Below, one piece after another: positions 1 to 12,176 of a stretch of DNA of 64,000 nucleotides. Location: the NCBI GenBank assembly GCA_903875225.1, contig CAIQVJ010000041.1, positions 18,113 through 82,112 on the forward strand. The letters are read 5' to 3'. The translations under genes were made by a program, and so were the position numbers. Origin of the DNA: an uncultured Pseudomonadota bacterium (GTDB lineage: Bacteria; Myxococcota_A; UBA796; SXON01). Within the stretch, counting starts at the first letter, position 1; each line of letters opens with the position of its first letter. The notes under the pieces were generated by a model. It was not told where the DNA came from, made no database searches, and saw nothing but the letters and a program-made list of their open reading frames with translations.

Positions 1-1017
1 TTCGACGCCGACTTCCTCCCGCCGCCGGAGTTCCTGGAGCGGACGGTGCCCCACCTCGTGGCTGGGGCGAGCATGGTGCAGGCGCGCTGGGGCCACCTGA
101 ACCGCGGCGAGAACGCGCTCACCCGGGCGCAGGCCGCCCTGCTCGACGGGCACTTCGTGGTGGAGCAGCCTGCCCGCCAGTCGATGGGCGCCTGGTTCAA
201 CTTCAACGGCACCGCAGGGGTGTGGGATCGCGAGGCGATCCAGGCCGCGGGCGGCTGGCAGCACGACACCCTCACGGAGGACCTCGACCTCTCCTACCGG
301 GCGCTCCTGAGCCGGGCCAGGTTCCTCTACCTCGAGGATCTGTGCGTCCCCGCCGAGGTCCCCGACAACCTGCCGGCGTTCCTCGCGCAGCAGCGGCGAT
401 GGGCGCGCGGCAGCGTGCAGACCGCACGAAAGCTCCTGGGGCGCATCCTCTCGGCCCGCCTGCCCGCTCGGGTGAAGGCGGAGGCCGTGGCCCACCTCTC
501 GGCGAACCTCGCCTGGCCGTTCTGCGTGCTCGTCGGCGTTCTGCTGCCCATCGTGGTGCTCACCCGCGGGAGCGCCACCCTGGGGCGGGTGTGGCTCGAT
601 CTGCCCGTGGTGGGGTTCTCGCTGTTGTGCAACGCTGCATTCTATCGGGCGGGCGGTGCCCGCTGGCGGGATCTTCCCCGCGTCCTCGCGCTGGGCGTGG
701 GCATCGGCCCCTCCCAGGCGGGGGCCACGCTTCTGGGGCTGTTGGGGTCCGGCGGAGAGTTCGTCCGCACCCCGAAGAACGGCGGTGGCGGTGGCAGCTA
801 TGCGGTCCGGCTCCCGGGCCTGCCGGTCGAGCCGCTGCTCGCCGCGTTGCACCTCGGGGTCGCATGTTGGGCCGTGGTGCACCACCACTTCGATACACTG
901 CCCTTCCTCGCATTGTTCGGGTTCGGGTATGGTTGGGTGGGAGTGGAGACACTTCGCACCCGTCCAGCCGGCCCGGTCGTAGCCCCCACCCCCCTCGAAG
1001 CCGTCGCAGGAAAGTAG
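1..1017 (+). CDS. Family-2 glycosyltransferase, processive cellulose-synthase-like type (C-terminal part; 5' end lies outside the window)
   Basis: Frame 1 is open from nt 1. The translation carries TED (LTEDLDLS) and QxxRW (QQRRWARG) motifs, followed by hydrophobic membrane segments. Stop is TAG at 1015-1017. Confidence 0.85.
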   Translation, partial: FDADFLPPPEFLERTVPHLVAGASMVQARWGHLNRGENALTRAQAALLDGHFVVEQPARQSMGAWFNFNGTAGVWDREAIQAAGGWQHDTLTEDLDLSYRALLSRARFLYLEDLCVPAEVPDNLPAFLAQQRRWARGSVQTARKLLGRILSARLPARVKAEAVAHLSANLAWPFCVLVGVLLPIVVLTRGSATLGRVWLDLPVVGFSLLCNAAFYRAGGARWRDLPRVLALGVGIGPSQAGATLLGLLGSGGEFVRTPKNGGGGGSYAVRLPGLPVEPLLAALHLGVACWAVVHHHFDTLPFLALFGFGYGWVGVETLRTRPAGPVVAPTPLEAVAGK

Positions 1018-1019
1018 CC

Positions 1020-2555
1020 ATGGATGTCACGCGCACCGTCAGTGAAGGCTACAAGATCTGGCTCTGCGGCGGTGCCGTACTCCTGGCGCTCGCCTGGGCA
1101 TGGATTCCGGCACGAGCCGCGCGCGGTCTCCTGACGGCGCTGTTGGCCATCAGCGCCGCCAACTACTGCCGGTTCGGGGTCAAGCTCCCGTTCGAACGAG
1201 TAGACAGCTACGACCTCATCCACTACTACCTGAACGCGAAGTACTTCGACGAGCTTGGGTACTACGATCTCTACCCGGCCTGCATCGTGGCGGACCACGA
1301 GGCGAAGGGTCCATTCTTTCCCGAGGGGAAGGCGTTCATGGACCAGGATGATCTGGGGCATCACCTGCGCCCGATCTCCGTGGCCATCGAGGAGGGGCAG
1401 AAGGTCAAGGCCGAGAAGTTCACGCCGGAGCGCTGGGCCCAGTTCAGCCACGACTTCCTGTTCCTGCAGCGCAACGTCGAGGGGCTGAGCGGGGAGCTCT
1501 GGCGGCAGCTGATCCAGGATCACGGGTTCAACGGCACGACCGTGTGGGTCCTCCAGGCGCTGCCGTTCGTGCAGTTGCCCGTCGAGTACATCAAGACCCT
1601 GGGGTACCTGGATTGCATCTGGCTCGGCGCAGCGCTCGCGGCCGTGGTCTGGGCGTGGGACGGCACAACGGCGCTGTGGGCCGCGCTGTTCCTGATGCTG
1701 ACGTACTCGTGCCGTTGGCCGACGATCTCCTGGGCATTGTTCCGATACGACTACGTGTCCCTGCTCGTGATCGCCATGGCCTGCCTGCGGAAGGGGCGAC
1801 CGGTGCTCGCCGGAATCCTGACGGGCTGGTCCACCACGCTGCGCATGTTTCCGGCGATGTGGCTCTTCGGACCCGGGGCCAAGGGGTTCATCGGCCTCGC
1901 CCAGCGCAAGGTGCACAAGTCGCTCCTGCGGCTCGCGCTGGGCTTCGCGATCGGCGTCGTGGCCTGGCAGGGCGCGGCGACCGTCGTGCTCGGTGTGGAC
2001 GCGGTGCGCACGCACTACGAGAACATGACCGACCACAACAAGTCGGAGAACCTCTCCTCCCGCCGGGCAGGGCTCGCGCTCGCGTTGCCGTTTCGGGGCG
2101 ACCTGCTGCCCAAGGCCCTCCCCGAATCGGAGAAGGAGGTCGTGGAGCAACAAAAGCCGATCCGGTACCTGGTCGCGGGGGTGTTCATGCTCTTGATGGG
2201 GTGGGGGCTGCGAAACCGGCGGGACGAGGAGGTGTTCTCCTATGGATTCCTGCCCTTCTTCATGCTGACGACCGCCAGCTACTATTACTACGTCACCCGG
2301 TGGACGCTCTGGGTGCTGCACGCCGGAGGGTTGTGCAAACCCGAGGTGGGCGAACAGCGCTGGCGCCACGCCGCCGGTCTGGCCATGCTCAGCGGGATCG
2401 AGCTCTTCTCGAACTGGTCCGAGGTGACCCACCCGGACCACCGCGTCTACCTGATCGGCTGGTTGGGGTGGTTGTTGTTCGGCTATGGCGTGGTCATGGC
2501 GGGCTGGTTGATCGTGGAGTCGCACCGCAAGCTGCCGGCGGCGGCTCCGACGTGA
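1020..2555 (+). CDS. Polytopic integral membrane protein of unknown function
   Basis: The ATG lies 3 nt after the upstream stop. The 511-aa product has many hydrophobic helices and no catalytic motif I recognise. Its stop overlaps the next start (GTGA). Confidence 0.8.
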   Translation: MDVTRTVSEGYKIWLCGGAVLLALAWAWIPARAARGLLTALLAISAANYCRFGVKLPFERVDSYDLIHYYLNAKYFDELGYYDLYPACIVADHEAKGPFFPEGKAFMDQDDLGHHLRPISVAIEEGQKVKAEKFTPERWAQFSHDFLFLQRNVEGLSGELWRQLIQDHGFNGTTVWVLQALPFVQLPVEYIKTLGYLDCIWLGAALAAVVWAWDGTTALWAALFLMLTYSCRWPTISWALFRYDYVSLLVIAMACLRKGRPVLAGILTGWSTTLRMFPAMWLFGPGAKGFIGLAQRKVHKSLLRLALGFAIGVVAWQGAATVVLGVDAVRTHYENMTDHNKSENLSSRRAGLALALPFRGDLLPKALPESEKEVVEQQKPIRYLVAGVFMLLMGWGLRNRRDEEVFSYGFLPFFMLTTASYYYYVTRWTLWVLHAGGLCKPEVGEQRWRHAAGLAMLSGIELFSNWSEVTHPDHRVYLIGWLGWLLFGYGVVMAGWLIVESHRKLPAAAPT

Positions 2556-5470
2556 TCGAGAAGGTCCGGCGGGTGATCCCGCCTACGGTCTGGGCACGTG
2601 CCCAGGCGTTGGCGGAGGCGGGGGCGGTGAGCCTCGCGCGGCGCACGCCGAAGGAGGAGGAGTGGCTGGTGACGATGCCGCCGCGAGCCGCCCCCTGGGA
2701 GGTCACGCTGTGGCCGGCCGAACAGGACTGGTACTGCGCGTGCGAGAGCCCGGGCTGCGTGCACCTCGGGGCGGTGGTGATCGCTCGCGGGAGCGGGCGG
2801 TTCGATCAGAAGGTCGCCGCCCGGGTGACCTGGCGGCTCACCCGCAGCCCGGAGGGGCTGCGCCTCGCGGTGGACGCACCGCGCAACGCTGTCTGGACCG
2901 ACGACGATCGGCTGGTGCAGCGGCTCGGGCGCGAGTGGCTGGGGAACGTCGCCGATCGCGGCGCGGCCGGTACGGGCCCCATCGTGCCGCGGGGGATCCT
3001 GCACGAGGTGCTCGGCGCGCTCGCGGGCCTGCCGCTCACGCTCGACGGTTCGCCGGTGACCGCCCAGGCCGAGCCTGTGGTTCCCCGCGCGATCGTGGAG
3101 GACCACGAGGGTGGTTTCCGCGTCCGGCTGGCGCGCGCGGATGGGATCGAGGAGGCCTTCCACAACGGCGTGGTGCGGCTCGGAACGGTCCTGCGCCCGT
3201 TCACGAACGGCGGGCTCGACGTGGAGCTCAAGAACCGGCTCAACAGCGGGATGGTGTTCCGGCCGAACGAGGTGGAGGAGCTCCTCACGCGCTTCCTCCC
3301 GCGGCTGGAAAAGCTCGTGCCCGTCGAGCGCCGGTCATCGAAGCTGCCGTCTGTGGTGCGCGTCCCGCCACGACTGGAGTGGGATGTGCGCTGTGGCGTC
3401 GAGGGGGGAGGGTCGATCGCGGTCACACCACGGATCGTCTACGGCGATCCCCCCGTGGCGCGTGTCGAGCGCGGGGCGCTGGTGCGCCTCGGCGGGGACA
3501 TTCCGGCGCGCGACCTCGTCGCCGAGCGGAAGCTCGAGGCCGAGCTCGGCGAGATGCGGATGGCGGCGGGTTCGGGGTCTGCACGCACCGGAGCCGAGGC
3601 TGCACGGTGGATCGAGGGCCTCAAGCCGCATGTTCGGGCCGAGATCCTGTCCAGGGCGCCCTGGTTCCGGATCGACCGGCGCAACGGTGACCCGGCCGTC
3701 ACCATCGGGGAAGATGGCCTCTCGGTGCGCATCGACGCAGGCGGCGCCGATCCCCGCGCGCTCCTCGCGGCCTGGCAGGAGCACCTCCCGCTCGTTCCGC
3801 TGCTCGACGGAGGCTTCCGGCCCGTTCCCCGCGACTGGCTGGACCGGTTCGGACCCGTGCTCGCTGAGCTGCTGGACGCCAGCGATCGGAACGGACGCGT
3901 GCCGAAGGACCGGGCGGCCGTCCTGATCGATGCGGCCGAGGCGCTCGCCCTCCCCATGCCCCCGGCGCTCGATGCGCTGCGCGCGCTCGCCGGCGACTTC
4001 GACGCGGTCCCGGCCGCACCGCTGCACCCGGGCTTCGTCGGCCACCTTCGTCCCTACCAGCAGCGCGGCCTCGACTGGCTCACGTGGCTCGGAGGGCTTG
4101 GGGAGCGCACCGGAGGGGTGCTCGCCGACGACATGGGCCTCGGCAAGACGATCCAGTGCCTCGCCGCGCTGCTCGACCGGCGTGGCGAGGGCCCGGCGCT
4201 CGTCGTGGCCCCGACCTCGGTGCTGCGGAACTGGGCGAGCGAAGCTGCGAAGTTTGCTCCCGAGCTGCGGGTGAACGTGTACCACGGGCCGAAGCGGGCG
4301 CTGGACCCGAGCGCCGACCTGACGGTCACCACGTGGGCGCTCCTCCGGCTGGACGTGGAGGCCCTGGTCGAGGGGTCCAGGCGCGGCGCCGGTCCGAACA
4401 CCCCTGCAAAGGAGGCCGGCGCCGCCTGGGGCACCGTGATCTTCGATGAGGCGCAGGCGATGAAGAACCCCGAGTCGCAGGCCGCGATCTCGGCGTCCAG
4501 GCTCCCGGCGCAGCTCAAGCTCTGCGTGACGGGCACGCCGGTCGAGAACCGCCTGGAAGAGCTCTGGTCGCTGTTTCACTGCGTACAGCCCGGGCTCCTC
4601 GGGAGCCGCACGGGGTTCCGCGACCGCTTCGGGACCCCCATCGCCAACGGGAGCAGGCGCTCGCGCGACGATCTACGTCGTCGGATCCGGCCGTTCGTGC
4701 TCCGGAGGTTGAAGTCGCAGGTGGCGAAGGACCTGCCGCAGCGCACGGATCGCGTGCTTCGCTGTGCGCTCTCCGCGGAGGAGCGCGCGCTCTACGACTC
4801 CGTGCGCTCGCTCACCCGCGCAGACGTCACAAAACTGCTCGGGGGTGGTCGCACGCTGCAGGTCATGGAGGTGCTGCTGCGCATGCGGCAGGCCGCCTGC
4901 CACACCGGGCTGCTCCCAGGGAAGGAGGCTGCCAGCAGCGCGAAGGTGGACGTTTTGATGGACGAGCTGGAGGAGATCCTGGACATCGACGAGGTGGCGT
5001 CGGGCGCGGCGGACTGGCCGCACAAGGTGCTGATCTTCAGCCAGTGGACGTCGATGCTCGATCGGGTGGAGCCCCACCTGCGCTCCCGCGGGATCCCGTT
5101 CGTACGCCTCGACGGCAGCACCACCGACCGCGCGGGGGTGGTGGCGAAGTTCCAGGCGGCGGACGGGCCGCCGGTGTTCCTCCTTTCCCTGACGGCGGGC
5201 GGGACCGGGCTCAACCTCGTCGCCGCCGACTACGTTTTCCTCCTTGACCCGTGGTGGAATCCGGCCGTGGAGGACCAGGCGACCGATCGCGCCCACCGGA
5301 TCGGACAGACCCGGCCGGTGGTCGCCACCCGGCTCGTGACCGAGGGCACCGTCGAGGAGCGCATCCTCGAGCTGCAGGCCCGCAAACGTCTGCTCGCATC
5401 TGCGGCGCTCGACGACGAGGCGCTGTCGTCGCAGCTCACCCGGGACGAGATCGCCGCGCTGTTCGATTGA
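2552..5470 (+). CDS. SNF2-family helicase/ATPase with N-terminal SWIM zinc finger
   Basis: SWIM motif CxCx4CxH (CACESPGCVH). SNF2 motif I LADDMGLGKT, motif II DEAQAMKN, and helicase-C motif QATDRAHRIGQ. The GTG start overlaps the upstream stop. Confidence 0.9.
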   Translation: MIEKVRRVIPPTVWARAQALAEAGAVSLARRTPKEEEWLVTMPPRAAPWEVTLWPAEQDWYCACESPGCVHLGAVVIARGSGRFDQKVAARVTWRLTRSPEGLRLAVDAPRNAVWTDDDRLVQRLGREWLGNVADRGAAGTGPIVPRGILHEVLGALAGLPLTLDGSPVTAQAEPVVPRAIVEDHEGGFRVRLARADGIEEAFHNGVVRLGTVLRPFTNGGLDVELKNRLNSGMVFRPNEVEELLTRFLPRLEKLVPVERRSSKLPSVVRVPPRLEWDVRCGVEGGGSIAVTPRIVYGDPPVARVERGALVRLGGDIPARDLVAERKLEAELGEMRMAAGSGSARTGAEAARWIEGLKPHVRAEILSRAPWFRIDRRNGDPAVTIGEDGLSVRIDAGGADPRALLAAWQEHLPLVPLLDGGFRPVPRDWLDRFGPVLAELLDASDRNGRVPKDRAAVLIDAAEALALPMPPALDALRALAGDFDAVPAAPLHPGFVGHLRPYQQRGLDWLTWLGGLGERTGGVLADDMGLGKTIQCLAALLDRRGEGPALVVAPTSVLRNWASEAAKFAPELRVNVYHGPKRALDPSADLTVTTWALLRLDVEALVEGSRRGAGPNTPAKEAGAAWGTVIFDEAQAMKNPESQAAISASRLPAQLKLCVTGTPVENRLEELWSLFHCVQPGLLGSRTGFRDRFGTPIANGSRRSRDDLRRRIRPFVLRRLKSQVAKDLPQRTDRVLRCALSAEERALYDSVRSLTRADVTKLLGGGRTLQVMEVLLRMRQAACHTGLLPGKEAASSAKVDVLMDELEEILDIDEVASGAADWPHKVLIFSQWTSMLDRVEPHLRSRGIPFVRLDGSTTDRAGVVAKFQAADGPPVFLLSLTAGGTGLNLVAADYVFLLDPWWNPAVEDQATDRAHRIGQTRPVVATRLVTEGTVEERILELQARKRLLASAALDDEALSSQLTRDEIAALFD

Positions 5471-5540
5471 CGCGTGGTGACAGGTGGCGGATAGCGTCCG
5501 ACCCCCTCCACCGTTACGGCAACTTCTTCGCAGGATCCGC

Positions 5541-6644
5541 ATGCCATCTTTGTCGCGAGCCGCGTGCGTCCTGCTGATCACCGGCTGCACGGGGGTGGTT
5601 GACGACCCAGAGGTCACGGGCGACGCCACCCTGGCCGTCACCGCGCTCTCCCCGGACGAGGTCGTGGCCGAGATCTCGCTGCCCGTCGACGGGACGCTCG
5701 CCTGCGGGGCGGCCTCGCGCACTGTGGTGGCGGGAACCTGGACAGTGTACCTGGCCGTGCTCGAGCCGGGCGCCGACGTGACGTGCACTGCCAGCTGCTC
5801 CGCACCCGACGGGGACAAGCAGGCGACGGCCGACGTCGTGATGCCCGCGGTCAGGAGCGCGGGCAAGGTCGTGTTCGACAACTCGCACGGCGAGCAGGCG
5901 GGGAACGCGGACTGGGTGATCGACGACGACGACCCCTCTCCTTCCCCCTCGAGCCCGAGCGGCCCGGACTCGTGGACCGGGGCCTACTCGTCGTTCGGGT
6001 ACGGGCTCTGGCTCGACGGCTACACGCTCTCGACGAACACGCGGTGGATCAGCCCGGACACCCTCGCCGATGCTCAGGTGCTGGTGCTCCCCGAGCCCAA
6101 CACCGCCCTCGATGCAGACGAGATGGACGCCATCGTGGCGTTCGTTGCGCGCGGCGGGGGCGTGGTGCTGATCACCGACCACCACCTCTCGGACCGCGAC
6201 TTCGACGGCGTGGACTCCACCAACGTGGCCGACTCGCTGTTCGCGGCGCTCGGGGTCGGGACGCGCCAGGCCTCAGATGCCTCGGATGTCGGCACCGAGT
6301 ACAACTACACCGCATCCGCGGGCGACCCTGCGGATCCGGTCCTGCATGGGCGGAACGGCGACGTCACCCAGGTGGACTTCTACGACGCCTCGGCCTTCAC
6401 GCTCTCGGGCCTGCCGGGCGATCGGCCGGTGCTCTGGCTCGGTCCGAACGCCGGAGATGACAGCAAGGGCGCGCGGGTCGTGGCTACCTATGCAGGCGCC
6501 GGCCGCGTGCTCTCCATCGGCGACTCGGCGCCTGCCGACGATGGCACCGGAGACCCCTACGACGATCTCTTCGCCTCGTGGAACGAAGCGGATGACGCTG
6601 CGCTCTACCTGAACGCCGTCGACTGGGCAGCCGGCGTGAGGTGA
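5541..6644 (+). CDS. Secreted lipoprotein, function unknown (weak resemblance to the ThuA/DUF4350 fold)
   Basis: ATG at 5541 gives MPSLSRAACVLLITGC, a signal peptide with lipobox LITGC. GC3 is high. The C-terminal half shares a D-rich pattern with the C-terminus of the convergent gene 6652-8670. Confidence 0.75.
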   Translation: MPSLSRAACVLLITGCTGVVDDPEVTGDATLAVTALSPDEVVAEISLPVDGTLACGAASRTVVAGTWTVYLAVLEPGADVTCTASCSAPDGDKQATADVVMPAVRSAGKVVFDNSHGEQAGNADWVIDDDDPSPSPSSPSGPDSWTGAYSSFGYGLWLDGYTLSTNTRWISPDTLADAQVLVLPEPNTALDADEMDAIVAFVARGGGVVLITDHHLSDRDFDGVDSTNVADSLFAALGVGTRQASDASDVGTEYNYTASAGDPADPVLHGRNGDVTQVDFYDASAFTLSGLPGDRPVLWLGPNAGDDSKGARVVATYAGAGRVLSIGDSAPADDGTGDPYDDLFASWNEADDAALYLNAVDWAAGVR

Positions 6645-6651
6645 GGCGCGG

Positions 6652-8670
6652 TCACCCGAGCCAGGTCAGGAGGTCGCCGATGGCGGCGGCCCTGTCCGGC
6701 TGGTCCAGCGTCTCGATCGCAAACCCGATGACGACCACCTTCTGGTGCCAGCCCACCGCTGCGCCCCCTCCGGTGGCGTAGGTCCACAGGACGTCGTCGC
6801 CGTCGAGCACGTCGGGGAAGTCCTCCGGGTAGGTCACCCCCATCGTCCAGCCCTCGACCCCTGTCGTGCCGGCGTCGTCCGAGACGTAGGTGGCGTGCAG
6901 CGTGCTCTTGAGCCAGGACCCGGTCGCATACCCGACCTCGCTGCCGCTCACGACGAAGGTGCCCCCCGCGCTCACGTAGTCCTCGATCACGTTGCGTTCG
7001 CGATCCTCGAACGTGCGGTCGGCCGTCGACTCGTCGCCGAGCAGCCAGAGCACGTGGTCATAGTCGCCCAGCGCCACGTCGCCCTCGGCCACGGCCTCGT
7101 TCGAGGCGACGCTCCAGGTGGCGCCGTTCGCGCCGAGGGCCGAGCCCATGCGCGCGGCGAAGTCGTGGGTGGGAGCGGTCCAGCTCCCGCCGAAGATCCG
7201 GTCGAACCCATCCACGATCAGCCATTGATCCCCGCTGGTGCCATACGCGTCCGAGGGGGCGGCGTCCGGCTCGTCCGCGCGGACGCGCAGGAAGGGGTGG
7301 GGCGTGACGCTGGCGGTGGCCCGGGTGGTGGTGGTCAACACCGACCAGGTGTTCCCATCGTCGGAGCCTTCGACCACTGCCCGAAAGTCGCCGTCGGAGC
7401 GCCACGTGACTGTGGCCTGGCCGGCGGTCTCCAGCGTGGAGAGGAGCTCGGGGGCGGCCGTCGGGCGGCGGGGGATCCCCGAGGCCACGAGCCAGCGCGC
7501 GTAGCTGCGATCGTCGGAGAGCGTGTCTCCGTGGGCGGAGTCGATGAAGCCGATGGTGACCGGGCCGTGGCGGAGGACGTCGTCGGTGAACGCGGTGTTC
7601 ACGTCCACTCCGGCGTTCCGCAGGGTGGTGGCGAGCGCGAGGTTGTTGTCGTCGGTGCCGCCGCCCGAGGTGTAGCTGGAGCGGAGCACGCCGCCGTCCT
7701 CCGCGAAGGCTGCGAACGTGCTCTCCTCTCCGTAGACGGAGTCGAAGAGGTGCACGGCCGTGATCGGCAGGCCGCCGACCTCGATCGCGTTCGCAGTCCC
7801 GCTGTAGCCCCCGGAATGCGAGGTGAGCACGACCGGCCCCACGACCGGCCGGGAGACGACGCCGTCGCGGTAGAGCACCGAGAGCGCGTCCCGGACGAGG
7901 TGCGCGAGGCCGTCGGCGGTGTCCAGGCGCCCGAAGTCGCCGTCGGAGGCCTCCACGGGGCCCTGCGGCAGGATGAGGATGGCGTCCCGGCCGGAGAGCG
8001 ACACCTGCGCGTGCAGCCCCTGGTAGTCGTCGACCTCGTCGATCGTCGCGTTGAACCCGTGAAAGTGGCTCACCACCCCGATGTCGCCGCGGTCCGAGAG
8101 TCCCTTTGGGACGCAGATCTTCACCGAGGAGTCCGTGTAGGGCGCGCTGCCGTACGGGAACGGAGCCGAGGGGAGGTCGAGCGTCGTGCAGCTGCCCCAG
8201 TCGTCGCTCTCCCAGGTGGACGCCGCCGGGATCGCAGGGTCGCCCACGACCGAGGCGAGGTCGATGGGGAGCGCCTGATCGCCGGCGGAGACGGTCAGGG
8301 TGCCCGAGGTGATCCCCGGGGTCGAGGTCGCGCTGGTCGAGGTGAGCGTGCCGACACGAGACTCGCCGGGCGACATCGGGCTCGTGTCGAGGTCGACGGT
8401 GAACGGGCCGTCGACGTGGACCGACAGATCCCCGGGTGACCCGGTGTCGCCGACGGCGGTGAGGGTGAACGGAGCGCTGGGAGCAGGCTGGCCGACGGTG
8501 ACGTAGGGGAGCGGGAGGACGCTCGGACCGGTCAGCGTGAACGGGATGGGAGCGGTGTCGCTGTCGGACGTGTCGGTGCCGGAGGTGTCGGTGTCGTCGC
8601 GGCCGGGGCGGGAGCGGCTGGAGTCGCCGGTGCCCGAGGTGCACGCCGAGAGGAGCAGGAGCAGGGACAT
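6652..8670 (-). CDS. Large lipoprotein with esterase-like (SHSGG), FN3-like and ThuA/DUF4350-like regions
   Basis: MSLLLLLSAC lipobox, followed by an acidic DTDTSGTDTSDSDT tether. VLTSHSGGY resembles a GxSxG nucleophile elbow. The 672-aa ORF has high GC3. Confidence 0.75.
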   Translation of the reverse strand: MSLLLLLSACTSGTGDSSRSRPGRDDTDTSGTDTSDSDTAPIPFTLTGPSVLPLPYVTVGQPAPSAPFTLTAVGDTGSPGDLSVHVDGPFTVDLDTSPMSPGESRVGTLTSTSATSTPGITSGTLTVSAGDQALPIDLASVVGDPAIPAASTWESDDWGSCTTLDLPSAPFPYGSAPYTDSSVKICVPKGLSDRGDIGVVSHFHGFNATIDEVDDYQGLHAQVSLSGRDAILILPQGPVEASDGDFGRLDTADGLAHLVRDALSVLYRDGVVSRPVVGPVVLTSHSGGYSGTANAIEVGGLPITAVHLFDSVYGEESTFAAFAEDGGVLRSSYTSGGGTDDNNLALATTLRNAGVDVNTAFTDDVLRHGPVTIGFIDSAHGDTLSDDRSYARWLVASGIPRRPTAAPELLSTLETAGQATVTWRSDGDFRAVVEGSDDGNTWSVLTTTTRATASVTPHPFLRVRADEPDAAPSDAYGTSGDQWLIVDGFDRIFGGSWTAPTHDFAARMGSALGANGATWSVASNEAVAEGDVALGDYDHVLWLLGDESTADRTFEDRERNVIEDYVSAGGTFVVSGSEVGYATGSWLKSTLHATYVSDDAGTTGVEGWTMGVTYPEDFPDVLDGDDVLWTYATGGGAAVGWHQKVVVIGFAIETLDQPDRAAAIGDLLTWLG

Positions 8671-8752
8671 CCGGGGGCGCTAACGCGTGCCCGACGGTCC
8701 GGGCCGGGTCGGCCGCGCCCGGCGGTGATAGCGCGGCGGCGAGGTTCCAAGC

Positions 8753-9442
8753 ATGGCGAGCAGACCGAAGGCCCTCCTGAGCTGGAGCAGCGGCAAGGAC
8801 AGCGCATGGACGCTGCATGTGCTCCGGCAGCAGGCTGAATTCGACGTCGTGGGGCTCCTCACCACCGTGAACGGCGTGCACGATCGGGTCGCCATGCACG
8901 CGGTGCGTCGGACGCTCCTGGAGACCCAGGCCGCTGCAGCGGGCCTCCCACTGTGGGTCGTCTCCATCCCGAGTCCGTGCTCGAACGAGGAGTACGAGTC
9001 TGCAATGCGGGCCACGGTCGAGCGGGCCGCGGCCGAGGGGATCGAGGTGATGGCCTTCGGCGACCTGTACCTGGAGGACATTCGCCGTTACCGCGAGAAG
9101 AACCTGGCCGGGACCGGCCTGCGTCCGGTGTTCCCGCTCTGGCTCCGACCCACGGACGTGCTCGCCCGCGAGATGATCGACGGCGGCCTGCAGGCCCGGA
9201 TCACCTGCGTGGATCCGCGCAAGCTCCCGGCCACGTTCGCTGGACGAGCCTTCGATGCCTCCTTCCTCACAGACCTTCCGAAGGACGTGGATCCCTGCGG
9301 CGAGAACGGGGAGTTCCACTCCTTCGTCTGGGCCGGCCCGATGTTCCGCAGTCCCGTCGACATCGCGCTCGGCGAGGTCGTGACCCGCGACGGCTTCGTG
9401 TTCGCCGATCTGGTCCCGCTCCCCGTCGAGCAGGCACCCTGA
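8753..9442 (+). CDS. Dph6/MJ0570-like ATP pyrophosphatase (adenine nucleotide alpha-hydrolase superfamily)
   Basis: PP-loop SWSSGKDS near the N-terminus, and a GENGEFHSF motif typical of the diphthamide-synthase-like ATP-binding domain. Confidence 0.75.
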   Translation: MASRPKALLSWSSGKDSAWTLHVLRQQAEFDVVGLLTTVNGVHDRVAMHAVRRTLLETQAAAAGLPLWVVSIPSPCSNEEYESAMRATVERAAAEGIEVMAFGDLYLEDIRRYREKNLAGTGLRPVFPLWLRPTDVLAREMIDGGLQARITCVDPRKLPATFAGRAFDASFLTDLPKDVDPCGENGEFHSFVWAGPMFRSPVDIALGEVVTRDGFVFADLVPLPVEQAP

Positions 9443-9449
9443 CCCTCGG

Positions 9450-12044
<2,595 letters not shown>

Positions 12045-12176
12045 CTGGTTCCTTGTTCGGCGCGGTGGGGGTTCGGTACTTCCGAGTGAGAAGCTAGCCA
12101 CCAGTCTGCTGGCCGGGTACCCCGACGGGCTACCCTGCCTGTCAGGAAGGCCGGATCGCGACGAAGCGAGGGAGGG

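Noticed and set aside
2552-5470. The SWIM-SNF2 helicase as part of a DISARM/BREX-like anti-phage system.
   Set aside because: No methyltransferase, PLD-nuclease, DUF1998 or other partner genes occur within the visible neighbourhood. SWIM-SNF2 proteins are common stand-alone chromosomal genes.
12045-12176. A heat-shock promoter (sigma-32 type CTTGAAA...CCCCAT) or a CIRCE element upstream of clpB.
   Set aside because: Only a partial CCCCCACC -10-like string is present, with a poor -35 (CTTCTC). There is no TTAGCACTC-N9-GAGTGCTAA inverted repeat. This is not convincing by eye.
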